Positions 46,377-59,654 of a stretch of DNA of 64,000 bases are shown here, piece after piece. Numbering within the stretch: position 1 is the stretch's first letter; every line of letters starts with the position of its first letter. The notes under the pieces are model-generated. The model ran no database searches. It was not told the DNA's origin and saw only the letters and a program-made list of their open reading frames with translations. This stretch comes from Octopus bimaculoides (Eukaryota), in the NCBI RefSeq assembly GCF_001194135.2, contig NC_068997.1, positions 4,821,029 to 4,885,028 on the forward strand, given 5' to 3'. The position numbers and the translations under genes were made by a program.

Positions 46377-47622
46377 CACATACACAAAATAATGGAAACA
46401 CCTTAAAATTTCAAACAAATTTATTTTAATATGGCGTAGGACTGCCTTTGGCGGTAATTACAGCTTGAATTCTACGAGGTATAAACTCATACAAAGTTTG
46501 AATTGTTTCCAAAGGAATTTTTCTCCATTCTTCAGCTAAAACAGCCTCCAGTTGTTGTAGTGATTATGGTGGAGGATATCGACTCCTTACTTGTTTTTCT
46601 AAAATGCACCATAACTGTTCAATAATATTGAGATCTGAGGACTGTGGTGGCCAGATAAAATGTTCAACTTCACTAGAATGTTCCTTGTGCCATTCAGTAA
46701 CAACTTTAGCTGTGTGAATTGGTGCATTATCATCCTGGAAGATTGTATTTCCCTCCAGAAACAGTTTTGCAACCATAGGATGAATTAGATCAGATAAAAT
46801 GCTTAAATAGTCTTGACTATTAATTCTGCCATGAAGGGAAACCATTGGGACGGTGGATTTCCAAGATACAGATCCCCAGATCATCACAGATCCTCCTCCA
46901 CATTTAACAGTTGGAAAAAGGTAGTCTGGGTCAAATGCTTCTTTTGGCTGTCTCCACACGTATATTCAGCCCATGGTCAGAAATAAGGTAAAGGATGACT
47001 CGTCTGAGAAATAACATTTTTCCACTGCTCTAGGGACCAAATTCTGTAGGTTTTTACTCCACTCTAAATGCTTTGCAACGTTTGTTTTTGAAAGTAGTGG
47101 TTTTCTGATTGCAGCTCTCCAGTGAAATCCAGCTTTGTGAAGCTCCTGGCGAACAGTTTTTGTGGAAACTGGGTTCTTGAGGTGGTCATTAAGCTCTGCA
47201 GTAATTTTGGGAGCTGTGCTTTTGTGATCCTTTCCAACAATTCGCAAAAGAGTCTGACAGTCCCTATCTGAAAGTTTTGGTTTTCTTCTAGAGTTTTGTT
47301 TTGATGAGGAGGTTTTTCCCTCTTTCTCAAAGGCTGTCATTACTTTCAAGACAGTACTTCTTGATACACCAAACATTTCGGCTGTTTTTGTTACCCTAGC
47401 GCCTGCCATATGAGCACCAACAATTTGACCTCTTTGAAAGTCCAATAGATCTGTCATTTTAATTACCTTTTTCGGATGATATCTAAAAAGAAATAGCAAT
47501 TTTAACAAAACATATTAAGCAACACTAATAATAAATCAAAAAACATAAAAATAAACTAGCTTTTGCTGGTTTTATAGATATTTCAAAATTATAATGCTAT
47601 GATGCTATGTGTTTCCATTATT
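46377..47622 (-). mobile_element. Tc1/mariner DNA transposon, Tc1-type with DD36E catalytic spacing, near full length
   Basis: TIR core aataatggaaacac (46388-46401) and its inverted copy gtgtttccattatt (47609-47622, cut by the N gap). Transposase has an HTH region and FSDES, GGGSVMIWG, FQDDNAPIH and WPPQSSDLNIIE motifs. Confidence 0.95.
46426..47457 (-). pseudogene. Disrupted Tc1 transposase (344 codons)
   Basis: ATG at 47457 to TAA at 46426 in one overall frame. In-frame stops at 46966-46968 (MG*IYVW) and 46564-46566 (YPPP*SLQQ). A local +1/-1 compensated frameshift replaces the expected NWSLEQWKNVIF with NLVPRAVEKCYF. Confidence 0.9.
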
Positions 47623-48471
47623 NNNNNNNNNNNNNNNNNNNNNNNNNNNNNNNNNNNNNNNNNNNNNNNNNNNNNNNNNNNNNNNNNNNNNNNNNNNNNN
47701 NNNNNNNNNNNNNNNNNNNNNNNNNNNNNNNNNNNNNNNNNNNNNNNNNNNNNNNNNNNNNNNNNNNNNNNNNNNNNNNNNNNNNNNNNNNNNNNNNNNN
47801 NNNNNNNNNNNNNNNNNNNNNNNNNNNNNNNNNNNNNNNNNNNNNNNNNNNNNNNNNNNNNNNNNNNNNNNNNNNNNNNNNNNNNNNNNNNNNNNNNNNN
47901 NNNNNNNNNNNNNNNNNNNNNNNNNNNNNNNNNNNNNNNNNNNNNNNNNNNNNNNNNNNNNNNNNNNNNNNNNNNNNNNNNNNNNNNNNNNNNNNNNNNN
48001 NNNNNNNNNNNNNNNNNNNNNNNNNNNNNNNNNNNNNNNNNNNNNNNNNNNNNNNNNNNNNNNNNNNNNNNNNNNNNNNNNNNNNNNNNNNNNNNNNNNN
48101 NNNNNNNNNNNNNNNNNNNNNNNNNNNNNNNNNNNNNNNNNNNNNNNNNNNNNNNNNNNNNNNNNNNNNNNNNNNNNNNNNNNNNNNNNNNNNNNNNNNN
48201 NNNNNNNNNNNNNNNNNNNNNNNNNNNNNNNNNNNNNNNNNNNNNNNNNNNNNNNNNNNNNNNNNNNNNNNNNNNNNNNNNNNNNNNNNNNNNNNNNNNN
48301 NNNNNNNNNNNNNNNNNNNNNNNNNNNNNNNNNNNNNNNNNNNNNNNNNNNNNNNNNNNNNNNNNNNNNNNNNNNNNNNNNNNNNNNNNNNNNNNNNNNN
48401 NNNNNNNNNNNNNNNNNNNNNNNNNNNNNNNNNNNNNNNNNNNNNNNNNNNNNNNNNNNNNNNNNNNNNNN
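47623..48471. other. Assembly gap (849 N); smaller gaps at 8157-8166, 18693-18702, 33810-33819, 51877-51886, 55442-55496 and 60392-60557
   Basis: Runs of N. Confidence 1.
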
Positions 48472-50245
48472 CCTCTCAAAGCTTAATTTAATTTTAATTT
48501 TTTTTTTTTTGTTTCATTTGTCTTAAATCTAAATTATTTTTACATACAACTAGTTGTCTCCCTCCCTCCCTCCCTCACACAAACACTTTCTCACGCTCTC
48601 GAACACACACACACACACAGAAATTGCCTGAAACTCAGAAATATTTGCAGTAGATGTTGGTGACTCTCTCCCATCAAATCCTCGTCTCTATTTATTGATA
48701 CAGTCTGATGCCTCTGCAAGTTACCATCGCTCTATATTTTATTGTTTTATTGTTTTTCTTTTAACTTTATTATCATCTCAGTAACTTAATATGTATTAAT
48801 TTACTTATGTTCACAAAACTTTTTAATTCCTTGTTTTCCAACATCACAGAAGAGTTGAAGCAGATAATTCTTTATCTCCCTTGTTATTGGGTTTCTCTGG
48901 ATTTTTTTTCCTCCCAAGTTTCTCAGATACACACACACACATAAATTCGTTATTGGCGATGGAAAGAGTATTTGTTCAGAATAGTAATATGTATATCTTA
49001 CTTAACATAGATATACTGTAAGAAAGCCACAATGCTACGGTATTCATCTTGAAAAGGCATCTCAGTATCACTGTTTTAACTTTCTTACAGTAGATCTACA
49101 TTAAGTATGATATACAGATGGATACACATACACACAAACACTAAATATTATGTTATCTCTCTATGTCTGTTTCTCTGATTTATTTCTCCAAACGATTTTG
49201 TTGCCTTGTGCAGTACAGTTTCAGTGTTTGAAGTTGATGTTTGTGTTTTTCCCCATACTTCTCTTCCTTTCCCGTTCTCCTCCTCTCCCTCCCAATAACC
49301 TTCAACTCATCATTATAACTCCCTGAATGAGAAACCTTGGAGTTTCTTTTTTTAAAAAAGTTTTTTTTTTATTTTACAACCAGCTTTTATTCAATTATTT
49401 TCTACATTTAAATTAAATATATACTTGAATTCACATCAGTTATAGACACACACATATACATGGCAGGGTCGTATATATGTAACACTAAATTTTAAAAAAA
49501 TAGATCAATTGGAGTTATCCAAGCAATTAGTAGACAAAACCTCCCCCTTGGGTTGCTTAATTTAAAAAACAAGGGCGATATCAATGATTTGTTGAGAGAG
49601 TGCAAAAGTGTTTAACAGGGGACGTAATTCTTTATTCACTAGTGTGTGTGAAATTGTGTGGGCATTGTGTTGTAAGTTCTGTGAATTGCCAAAGACACTA
49701 TTGAATTCTATAAACTGTCTCAGTGACAGGCCTCACATCTAGACTGACTTTTTGCTATATGCACACCTATGTATATATGTATAAAAGCAGGCTAGGTACT
49801 AAAATGAAACTCAGAACAAACTGTCATTACACATGACTTTCAGTACGTTATTCCTAGCACTCACTGAGAAAATGTACTGGTTTAGGTCCACCAAGCATAC
49901 AGATATGTGATAATACCTTTGACCTTTCCTATTTATTTCTCTTGGACCAATTTCCACTGAATTTTATTTCATCTACAGTAATTTCACATGTTCTTCTAAG
50001 AATGCCAGATTTTTATTTTCAACAGATATAATAATTAAAATGATAATAATAATTTGTCCTGTGATAACTTTCACTGAACAACATCTAGCTGACTTAGCTG
50101 AGAATAGTGACATTGGTATGTACCCTGTCATTGATCTGGTTTATGGTGACCCTATGGGAGGGTTTGGCTAACTTTAATGCCTAACTATTGGTTAAAGACC
50201 TATTGATGTGGAGAGGGTTGTGTGTGTGTATGTATGTACACACAC

Positions 50246-50284
<39 letters not shown>

Positions 50285-52140
50285 TCCTACCACTGCATTC
50301 ACTAGGCTTCTTTGCAATAAAGTTGGTCCTGTGAGAAGGAGAGGTGGGTCACTTTGATATTAAACCATCTACACTGAATCCAGTCTTCATATTCTGTGTA
50401 TGAAGTTTTCTAGCTTTCATAGTTGTAACTTAATATTGCAAAGGAAAGTGATAACAAAATAACTTAAATATGTATATAACTATCTCTGTACCACTACCAA
50501 TCTATGTTTATGTTCTATCTGAATATCTTTCAATTTATAGTAGAAAGATCAGGGACAAATACCACAAGACCTCTCATCTAACACTCTAACAAAGCCACCA
50601 TTCCACTGCCCTAGACTGGTTCTTGGTTTATTGACCCTAAAAGGGGTGAAAGGCAAAGTTGACCTCAGTGGGATTTGAACTCAAAACTTCAGAGAGCCAG
50701 AACAGATATCAAAAGGTATACAATCCACCACTCTGATAACTAGGCCACTCATGGTGCCTGCTTGGTTGTGCATTTGTGTGTGTGTGTGTGTGTGCATGAA
50801 AGAGTATAAAAATCTATTTGCATATGTGTGTGTATGTAAAGTCCCAGATTAATGTTTCACACCTTGTTAGCCTAGTTGATTTTTCTTTACTCTGTGATTA
50901 TCTTTAAACTCATTTCTCCAGTTCTGTTAGACAAAACAATTCTTCATCACTAGTTTTAAGGTTATTTCTCCAGTTTTGCTATTATTTAGACATCCTGACA
51001 GGAAAAAATGCTTCTCTCCAGAATCCCTCCCACAGTTTGTGATGAGTAATGATATGCAACAAAAGCTGAAACTCCCAGTAGTTATGGTCAGTTACCCAGG
51101 TCACAGCTCAACTATGACTTCACTAATATCCCTTATAATCTTTGGAAAAGTATAAACATCACAGCATCCTAATATCTTATTTCTACTTTCTTTTATAAAT
51201 ACTGTGTCTTAGTTCCTGGCTATATGAAACCAATCGCTATGCAAATAACTGGTAACTACCAGACTGTCTTATACAGGTATATTGAGAGGAAGATAGGGAG
51301 AGAGGCTCATTGACAACCCAATTAGTCTTGGGACTCACTTGAACAAGTCTGTACAATTATCAAAAAATGAATGCCTTAATAAAAAAAAATAATAATAAAA
51401 TGGGTTAGCTATGAAAATTACATATTGGGATGGTATTTGATGCAGAGTTGAGCCCAGAAAAATTTATAAATTTGTATTTATGTATTTTATTGGAGCAAAA
51501 ATATGCCTGATTTTAATTCTGAAGTTTTGGGGGAAATCCGAGGAAATTTGTTAAATTACTGAAAAGGAGAAAGCAAACAATAACTTGGTGTATTTTAAAT
51601 GGAAAGTGAATATTGAATTTTAAATTCTGGTTTTAAACTTGGAATCAATTTGGTCTTTTATCTGAGTTGTCTGATTCTTGAAAAGTTTTCAGAAAATATG
51701 GAATATTTCTTGCAATATATATACATGAAAACATAATATTCATAAATGGATTTGGGGAAATAATCTTCAGTTTTAGATTTTAATTTTTAATCATACATTT
51801 TTAATTGATTATAATATTAAAAATATTTTGGGGGTAACAAACTAAAGATTTTAAGCTAAATAAAATAGTTTTTTCTNNNNNNNNNNCTGAGTTGTCTGAT
51901 TCTTGAAAAGTTTTCAGAAAATATGGAATATTTCTTGCAATATATATACATGAAAACATAATATTCATAAATGGATTTGGGGAAATAATCTTCAGTTTTA
52001 GATTTTAATTTTTAATCATACATTTTTAATTGATTATAATATTAAAAATATTTTGGGGGTAACAAACTAAAGATTTTAAGCTAAATAAAATAGTTTTTTC
52101 TACATACTCTAATTTATCTTACATGGTCAGGTATAAGATC

Positions 52141-52296
52141 ATCATCATCATCATCATTTAACTTCCGCTTTCCATGCTAGCATGGGTTGGACGATTTGAT
52201 TGAGGACTGATGAAACCGGATGGCAACACCAGGCTCCAATCTAATTTGGCAGAGTTTCTACAGCTGGATGCCCTTCCTAACGCCAACCACTCGGAG
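52141..52296 (-). mobile_element. Young RTE-type LINE 3' tail copy
   Basis: Same tail sequence as the copies at 8181 and 53815. Confidence 0.8.
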
Positions 52297-53681
52297 ATCT
52301 CCACAAATATAATTTTATTCCCATACCTCCAGCAAGAAATGTAAAATATAAGCAAGTTGCTTCCACCCACCCACCTCTCTCTTTCTCTCATGACCTCATA
52401 GAATTTACTGAACTATCTACTTCCCTCGTGTGAAGGCTATGGCTCTGCAGTGACTCTCACATTTCATGAAATACTAAGGTATCTCAAAGGGAAGCTGATC
52501 TGTGGCTCATTACATTTCTTATAAAATACCATGATATTAAATAGCCAGCAAAGGATGCATTAGTGTCATCTAACACACTAGAAATAGCAGCCAACACTCC
52601 TCAAATTACTGTACCACTTTTGGAAAAGGGATAACACATTGGATAATGAGGTTTAAGATATGCAATATCCAGTGATAGAGGAAGGGGAGTGGTACATGGC
52701 TGGAACATCTTTGGTCATAGATCCACTGTCAGATCTGACCTGGCACTAAACAAATAAAACCATTTAACAACTGAAATATTTCCCAGGGTACCAGACTTTA
52801 AGACTTGACTATATTCAGTATCAATGCCTCATGTTCTCGCTTCAAATCCTGTCGGGGTTTTCTACTTCGCATTTCATCCCTCCAAGGGTTGGTAAAATAT
52901 ATACTAGTTATATACTTAGTGTGAATGTGTATTGATACATGTCTATGTCACATATACATATATATGTATCTATTGTATTGTGCTTTTTATGTTTTTTCTT
53001 ATACACACACACGTGTATGTATATAAAATGTGTGTCTGTGGGTATATATATATATAATCTCGCACTAATGTTCTTTTTGAGAAAAGTATGAAAACTACAA
53101 CAGCCTTTAGTGCCCCTCCTCCTTTTGTGAATCTACAGCTGTGCTACCTTTTTATTCTTTTCCATTTCTCTCCTGCTCTCCCCTCCTCTCATTTTATTCA
53201 TGTTCTTTCCCTCCCTCCCCTCTTTCTCTCTTTCTCTCATTGCTAATTTCTCACACTTTTCCTTTCTTCCTGCAGTTTTTTCTCTGCCTCACACCAGTAC
53301 GTGTGCATATGTACATACATATATGTATATCTGTAGTGTGTGGTTTCCCTTACCACCACAACAACTATGCACTTGTTGCATCAATGCTGTTGACACGGCA
53401 AGTCTTCTGCATGTCTGTTTGACAGCACCTCCTGTGTGTGTAAGACCTACCGAGATGGTGGTTCTTACACGCCACCATCTCGCCTTTGGGTGCCTTTAGT
53501 TGAATCTGTTGCAAATATTTAGTCCAAACCAGAGCACTGGTTAGGGGCTTTGTCTTTGTTTACTTGTCATCAGTCACGTCAACTACATTAGTTTGGCACT
53601 GAGGCCAACAAAGATCAGGGTTGTTTTGACAAGCCCCATCTGACTATATATACATATATATATATACTTACACATACATGT

Positions 53682-53712
<31 letters not shown>

Positions 53713-53814
53713 TACATAGAGTGTGGGGTGGAGAAGAATTGAAGATCAGAGAAGCAGCATTATTATTATAATAACTAGCAGTAGAATTGAAAAAAATGCA
53801 TTTCTATTGTAACA

Positions 53815-53976
53815 TCATCATCATCATCATCGTTTAACGTCCGCTTTCCATGCTAGCATGGGTTGGACGATTTGACTGAGGACTGGTGAAACCGGATGGC
53901 AACACCAGGCTCCAATCTGATCTGGCAGAGTTTCTACAGCTGGATGCCCTTCCTAACGCCAACCACTCAGAGAGTG
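53815..53976 (-). mobile_element. Young RTE-type LINE 3' tail copy
   Basis: Same tail sequence as the copies at 8181 and 52141. Confidence 0.8.
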
Positions 53977-54045
53977 TATGAACAGTGTGTGATAAAGCTC
54001 ATATCAAAGAGGAAAATTATCTTTGCCATTACCACTATCATTATC

Positions 54046-54079
<34 letters not shown>

Positions 54080-54592
54080 CAAAAACAACTCTAAGACAAA
54101 GACCATATTTTCAGAATTATGTTTGACCAAAAGAGTATTTGTTGTGTTCAAAGTATTGCAACTATGCAAAGATGTGTGAGTTCTTGCATTCTGCTTTCAT
54201 CTTTCTTAAAATAGTTATTGCTGTCTTAATGTTTGGAGGAAAGCAGAACAGAATGAAGGTACATACAGGTGGGGGTGCTATGAGGAAATGTAGGTGGGGA
54301 TTTTTGGGAGAGGAGGTCCTTTTTTTTTTCTCCAGTTACACAAAAGAGAAAAGGAATTACTCACTCTCTTCAGAATTCTTCATAATGATATATAACCTTA
54401 AACTGATCTCATCCTCTTGGAGTAGCCATGTTGTTTAGAGAGAGAAAAGAAAGATCCTGGTAGATTCTGATTTCAGAATCCTACACAAAATCTTTATAAT
54501 TGATTAAGATATAATTATCTTTCTGCAAAAGTTTATTACATTTCATTTTAGAATGGTATCCATCTGTAAAGACATTTGTTTCAACAAAATCC

Positions 54593-54627
<35 letters not shown>

Positions 54628-55670
54628 AATAAAGATAGTTATGGCCAGTCTATGAGGTTACCCAGGGTTTTACATTCATAAAGCTCTTAGGTTTACAGCA
54701 TTTCTTCAGACCCTAATGGCCGGTGGCCTACACCCTCTCTTCAAAGTGGAAGGAGAAAAGATCTCTTGGCTAGTTGTTGACCACGTGAACAAAGAAGAGT
54801 AAAATACAAGGGATTGTCTCCCTTAGGCTACTATCCATAATCGACCTGGTCAGCTTGTGAATCTCAGGATTTCAGAAGGGATCTTCTGAACTGGAAGCAG
54901 GGTCCAAAGACTTCTGTCCTGGAATTTAATATGCTTCGCAGTTCAAGGTAGTTCTGTAATATTCCTGCCCATTCAGCTATATGTATGTAGAGAGAGATAG
55001 GTAGACATTAAATGATCATAAATACGCACATCTATTGTGTAGTAGAATTAGTTAACCATTTAGTTAGCCCAATCACCAACCAACTAGTTTATGGGCAGTA
55101 AGATACTTTGAATTCCTAACTCAAAATGAGATAATGAGTTCTAACTTTTCCTGCCATTTATATACTATTTTGAATCAGTTGTGTGTGTGTGTGTGCATAT
55201 ATCTATATTTATCATCATCATCATCAAGTAGTATATTACTGGTATTGGCATATAGCTTCTCAGAATTTTACTGAATTGTGACAATATTGGTCCAAAACCA
55301 AAAGTAACATTTTGACCAGTTATATGCCTTAACTAGTAATATGCTGCCTGATGATATAAAAAGATATCTGCTCTTACATTGAATGTGCTTTTATTTCTGA
55401 CTTATGGACAACTAATTGATCATACATGTATGTATGTATATNNNNNNNNNNNNNNNNNNNNNNNNNNNNNNNNNNNNNNNNNNNNNNNNNNNNNNNTATA
55501 CACACAATCATTTCATCATCTGACATGTGGCATGTGATGCACCTGTACCATATGTCAATTTGATGGAGGGAGTGAGCTTATGTTTACACAAACATTTGGT
55601 CACTCTAAACAAATTATTTGTGTGGTTGTTCCCTCACACATCATCTAACGACAGGAGAGTCCATTATGAT

Positions 55671-55705
<35 letters not shown>

Positions 55706-56569
55706 GTATGTTCTGCATTACTCCAAGCTTCTGACACAATTTTTCGGTTTCTTATAGAAAGATTATTTAGTAACATTGCTAAACACAACACAAAGATTTT
55801 TTTTGGTCAAAGAGCTTTGAAAATTTAAGAAACAAGGATTTTAATGACAACAACTAAAAATGTCCAAATTTTAGGCTTTCTTTGGATTTTTTTCAATGAT
55901 TAAAGATTAATTTTACTTTTAATTTATTGGTGGGGAAATCTATTAGAATTGTTATTTCATATTTGAACTCCATTAAGCGGTGGTACTAAGCTGTGTGTAA
56001 GTTATTAAGTATGATACAGGTTCGAATGTCACCCAATTCATTGCACTGAATTAGTTTCTCATGAGCCTTTAATTTGTGATTATTGTCACTAGGTTGGAGT
56101 ATGGCTGGCTGGCACTGAGCCATTTTAACTTGTCTGTCTGTGGATGAAAACTTTCAGTGATAACCCAACAAAATACATCCACAATTCTCTCCCCTCCCCC
56201 CACTTTTGGACCCTACACTAGGTAATTCTTATCCAGCCTGTTTTCCATGGTGATCCCATAAAAGGACCTGATCAGTAACACTAATTATTCATTTGCATAG
56301 AGTGTGCCCTAATCCACTTCAACATTCTTCATCTTAAATTAGAGTTTCAGTCAGTGGACATCAAACACTACATCAGGATTACAGATTTAAATTAATATTT
56401 GAATGAGAAATTGTATTTTATAGTTAGGTATATATCATTAAAAGACCTTTTTTTTTACCAACATTATAATAATCACTTCAACTTTGTAAATAGGGTGAAA
56501 TTAGGGTTTTATGTTATGTGAAGGGGCTGAATAAAAGGTCGGTCAGCATAAGCTTAAAGACCTTCACTG

Positions 56570-58230
56570 ATGATGGTGACTGAAAGCAAAATTCTTTCTG
56601 GTTCTTGCCATTCTGATTTTAAATTCCACCGAGGTCAGCTTTGTCTCTCATCCTTTCAGGGTTGGTAAAATAAGCATAAGTTGAGCTCTGTAATTTACTA
56701 ATCCCCCTCCCACAAAATTTGAGGCATTCTGCCTTTAGTAGAAAAAGGATAGCAAGCTGGCAGAATCATTAGCATGTTGGACAAAATACTTAACAGAATT
56801 TCTTCTGACTCTTAACATTCTGAGTTCAAATTGTGCCAGGATTGACTTTGCCTTTCATCCTTTCAGGATCAATAATATAAGCACCACTCAAACAGTGGGG
56901 TTAGTGTAATTGACTAGATATCTCCCTCAAAATTTCAGGCCTTGTATCTACTGTAGAAAAAATTATCATTAAGGTGACAAACTGACAGAATCGTTAGCAC
57001 ACCAGACGAAATGCTTTGTAGGATTTTATCCGACTGAGCTTTACATTCTGAGTTCAAATTCCACTGAGGTCAACTTTGCTTTTCATCCCTTCAGTAGATT
57101 AAGCACCAATGAAACACTGGGATTGATGTAATAGACTAGTCCCCTCCCTGCAAAGTTTCAGGCCTTGTGCCTTTAATAGAAAGGATTATTATATAGAGCA
57201 GTAAAATGGCAGAATCATTTGAGTATTGGTAAAAATGCTTTGCAGTATTTACTTGAGCTTTTTCTTTTATGAGTTCAAATCCTACTGATATCAACTTTGC
57301 CTTTCATCTTTTTGAGGATGATAAAATAAAGTGGCCGACAATTACTGAGGTTGATGGTATTAACAAATCCCTTCTCCCAAAATTTCAGGCCTTGTACCTT
57401 TACTAGAAGTAATTATTACAAACAGTATGTTGGCATAATGTATGGAGCATCAGACAAAATATCAGTGGTTACAGTCTTTCTTTTTAAGTTCAATTCCTAC
57501 CAAATTTAACTTTTTTTTTATATATATATATTCTGGGATTGCTAAAATAAATGTACCAGTCATGTATTGGGGTTGAGCTAAAACAATGTGTAACCTTGTG
57601 CCTATGTTAGAAATCATCCAATAGAACATCAGATAAAATGCCTTGTATTTCTTCTGACACTTAACATTCTGAGCTCAAATCATGCCATGGTCAACTTCAC
57701 CTCTCATCCTTCCAACATCAGTATAACAAAACACCAACAAAATACTGGGGTTAATTTAATCAATTAATGCCCTCCCCTCAAAATTGCTGGCCTTGTGCCT
57801 AAACTAGAAGCAATTATTATTATTATCATGAAAGAGTGTCTAATTATTAGAATCAAGAAAACAACTACCTAGATGGCTTACAGTCCATCTGTATTCTGAG
57901 GTGAAATCCTGCCATTGTTGACTTCATTTTTGATTATCAGTTATTGATAAAACAAGTACCAGTTATATACCAAGGTGTTTTTCTACCAGAGCTTAATTCC
58001 CACTGAGGTCAACTTTGCCTTTATTCCTTCCAAGGTTGATAAAGTGAAGCAATGGGGTTGATATAATACTGTCCCCCATCTCCTCCTCTTCCCAAAAATT
58101 GAGGACCTTGTGCCTATGTATGAACTCATCATCGTTGTTATTACTGTTTGACAGAAATAGTAGAGCACCAGCCTAAATCATATGTTCTGAGTTCAAATCC
58201 CGACTAGGTCAACTTTTGCCTTTTTGTGTT
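56570..58230 (+). mobile_element. Tandem array of roughly 8-9 tRNA-derived SINE copies (family A), period about 200-220 bp, with one inverted partial copy at about 57975-58050
   Basis: Repeated unit: gagctggcagaatcgttagc (A-box-like), ttctgagttcaaattcc (B-box-like), tttgcctttcatcc, aagtacca, actggggt, ggccttgtgcc, attatt tail. Confidence 0.9.
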
Positions 58231-59393
58231 GAAATTGCTAATGTGGATGTTGTGAGAAGGCCAGAAACAAGTGTGTTTAGATTGATGTGGTGAGAAAGAT
58301 GAGAGGAGCAGAGACTGCTGTAGTAGTAGTAGTGATAGAAGAAACAGTGAAGACACAGTACTTATAATAAAAAAATGATTGTTTTGTGTTGAAGATTGAA
58401 GAATTGCTTATCAGGAAGATGATGTTGCTGCTATGTGTGCATGTGTATGTGTGTGTGTGGTGAGGATTTTGTTCTTCATAAATAAGCATATTTCTTCATT
58501 TGAGGTGATGTGAAGGGGCTGTTTTGTCAACGACATAAAATGGGGTGGATGGACAGATGGATGATTGGACAGTTGAATCAATGGATGGTTGAATGGCCTT
58601 TAAAAATAGCCCCAGTTTGTAAATGCTATCATTGTTTCCTGCCCACCGTCCATTCAGTGTGAAATAAAACTCTTCGAGGGAGAGGGAGAAACATCAATGT
58701 TGTGATAACAACCACTGTATAATCCTTTCTAGGAGTTGTATTCACAACATTTCTCCTCAATCTTTCTTCTCTGTTCCACCCCTTAACACCCAAATCCACC
58801 CAATCTAATGTAAACTATTGCCCATCCACCAGTCTGCTGGTCAGACACCAAAAGCTACATTTCTATTTCCCCACACACACACACCTTTCTACTTTCATTT
58901 TTGGTATCATTCCGTAAAACGTCTAGAATCAAGGTTTTTTTTTTTAAATTTTTGTTGGAGGTTTTAGGGGTTTTAATTATACTGACCTCTTTATTTCTCC
59001 TCCCCTTCTTAGGGACCTGCATCCTAACAAAGGTTGGAAATCACTGCACTACCAGAAGTATGTAGGGCTTGATATTTATTTAAGGTAAATGAGGATTATA
59101 TTGCCCTAATTTTGGTTCATTTGGCCTTTTCTTCAGCCTGTATGCATCAATGGATTAAGAGGAAATTATCACATTGATACCATTAACATCAAACATTTCT
59201 CAATTCATTGTCAATCATAACTTTCTCAACTCACATCAATCATGTTTCTCAATCCATGTCAGTCATAACTTTTTCAATTTATCTGATGTCTGCAGTCAAG
59301 TGAAAAAAACTGAACAGAACCATCACTTTGTAATACGATCCCTATTTACCAGAAACAAACATTCATACACATATACACAAATATATATATACT

Positions 59394-59424
<31 letters not shown>

Positions 59425-59654
59425 CTATATATATATTCATTCATTCATTCATTCATTCACACACAGCCAAGTTTTTGATCCAAAATTAGTTGCTATTTAT
59501 GTTTGTTGTTATTATTGTTGTTTTTTGTTAATATTGTAGTTCTTATTTTTTTACTAAATATTATTTTTCACCACAAAATTTTGTCTTGTTTTTTTTTTTT
59601 TCTTTTAATTTGAGGGTGGTGGTGGTGGTGGTATGTATGTGTGTGTGTCATCAT

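Noticed and set aside
47589-48526. About 300-aa ORFs in the track (also 60339-60779)
   Set aside because: They are runs of N translated as X.
51662-52101. Exact 215-bp direct duplication (51662-51876 and 51887-52101)
   Set aside because: The copies flank a 10-N gap and look identical, typical of unmerged overlapping contig ends.
56570-58230. CRISPR-like repeat/spacer periodicity, or tRNA genes
   Set aside because: Eukaryotic context; the units are whole SINEs with A/B-box-like heads, no cloverleaf, and no cas genes.
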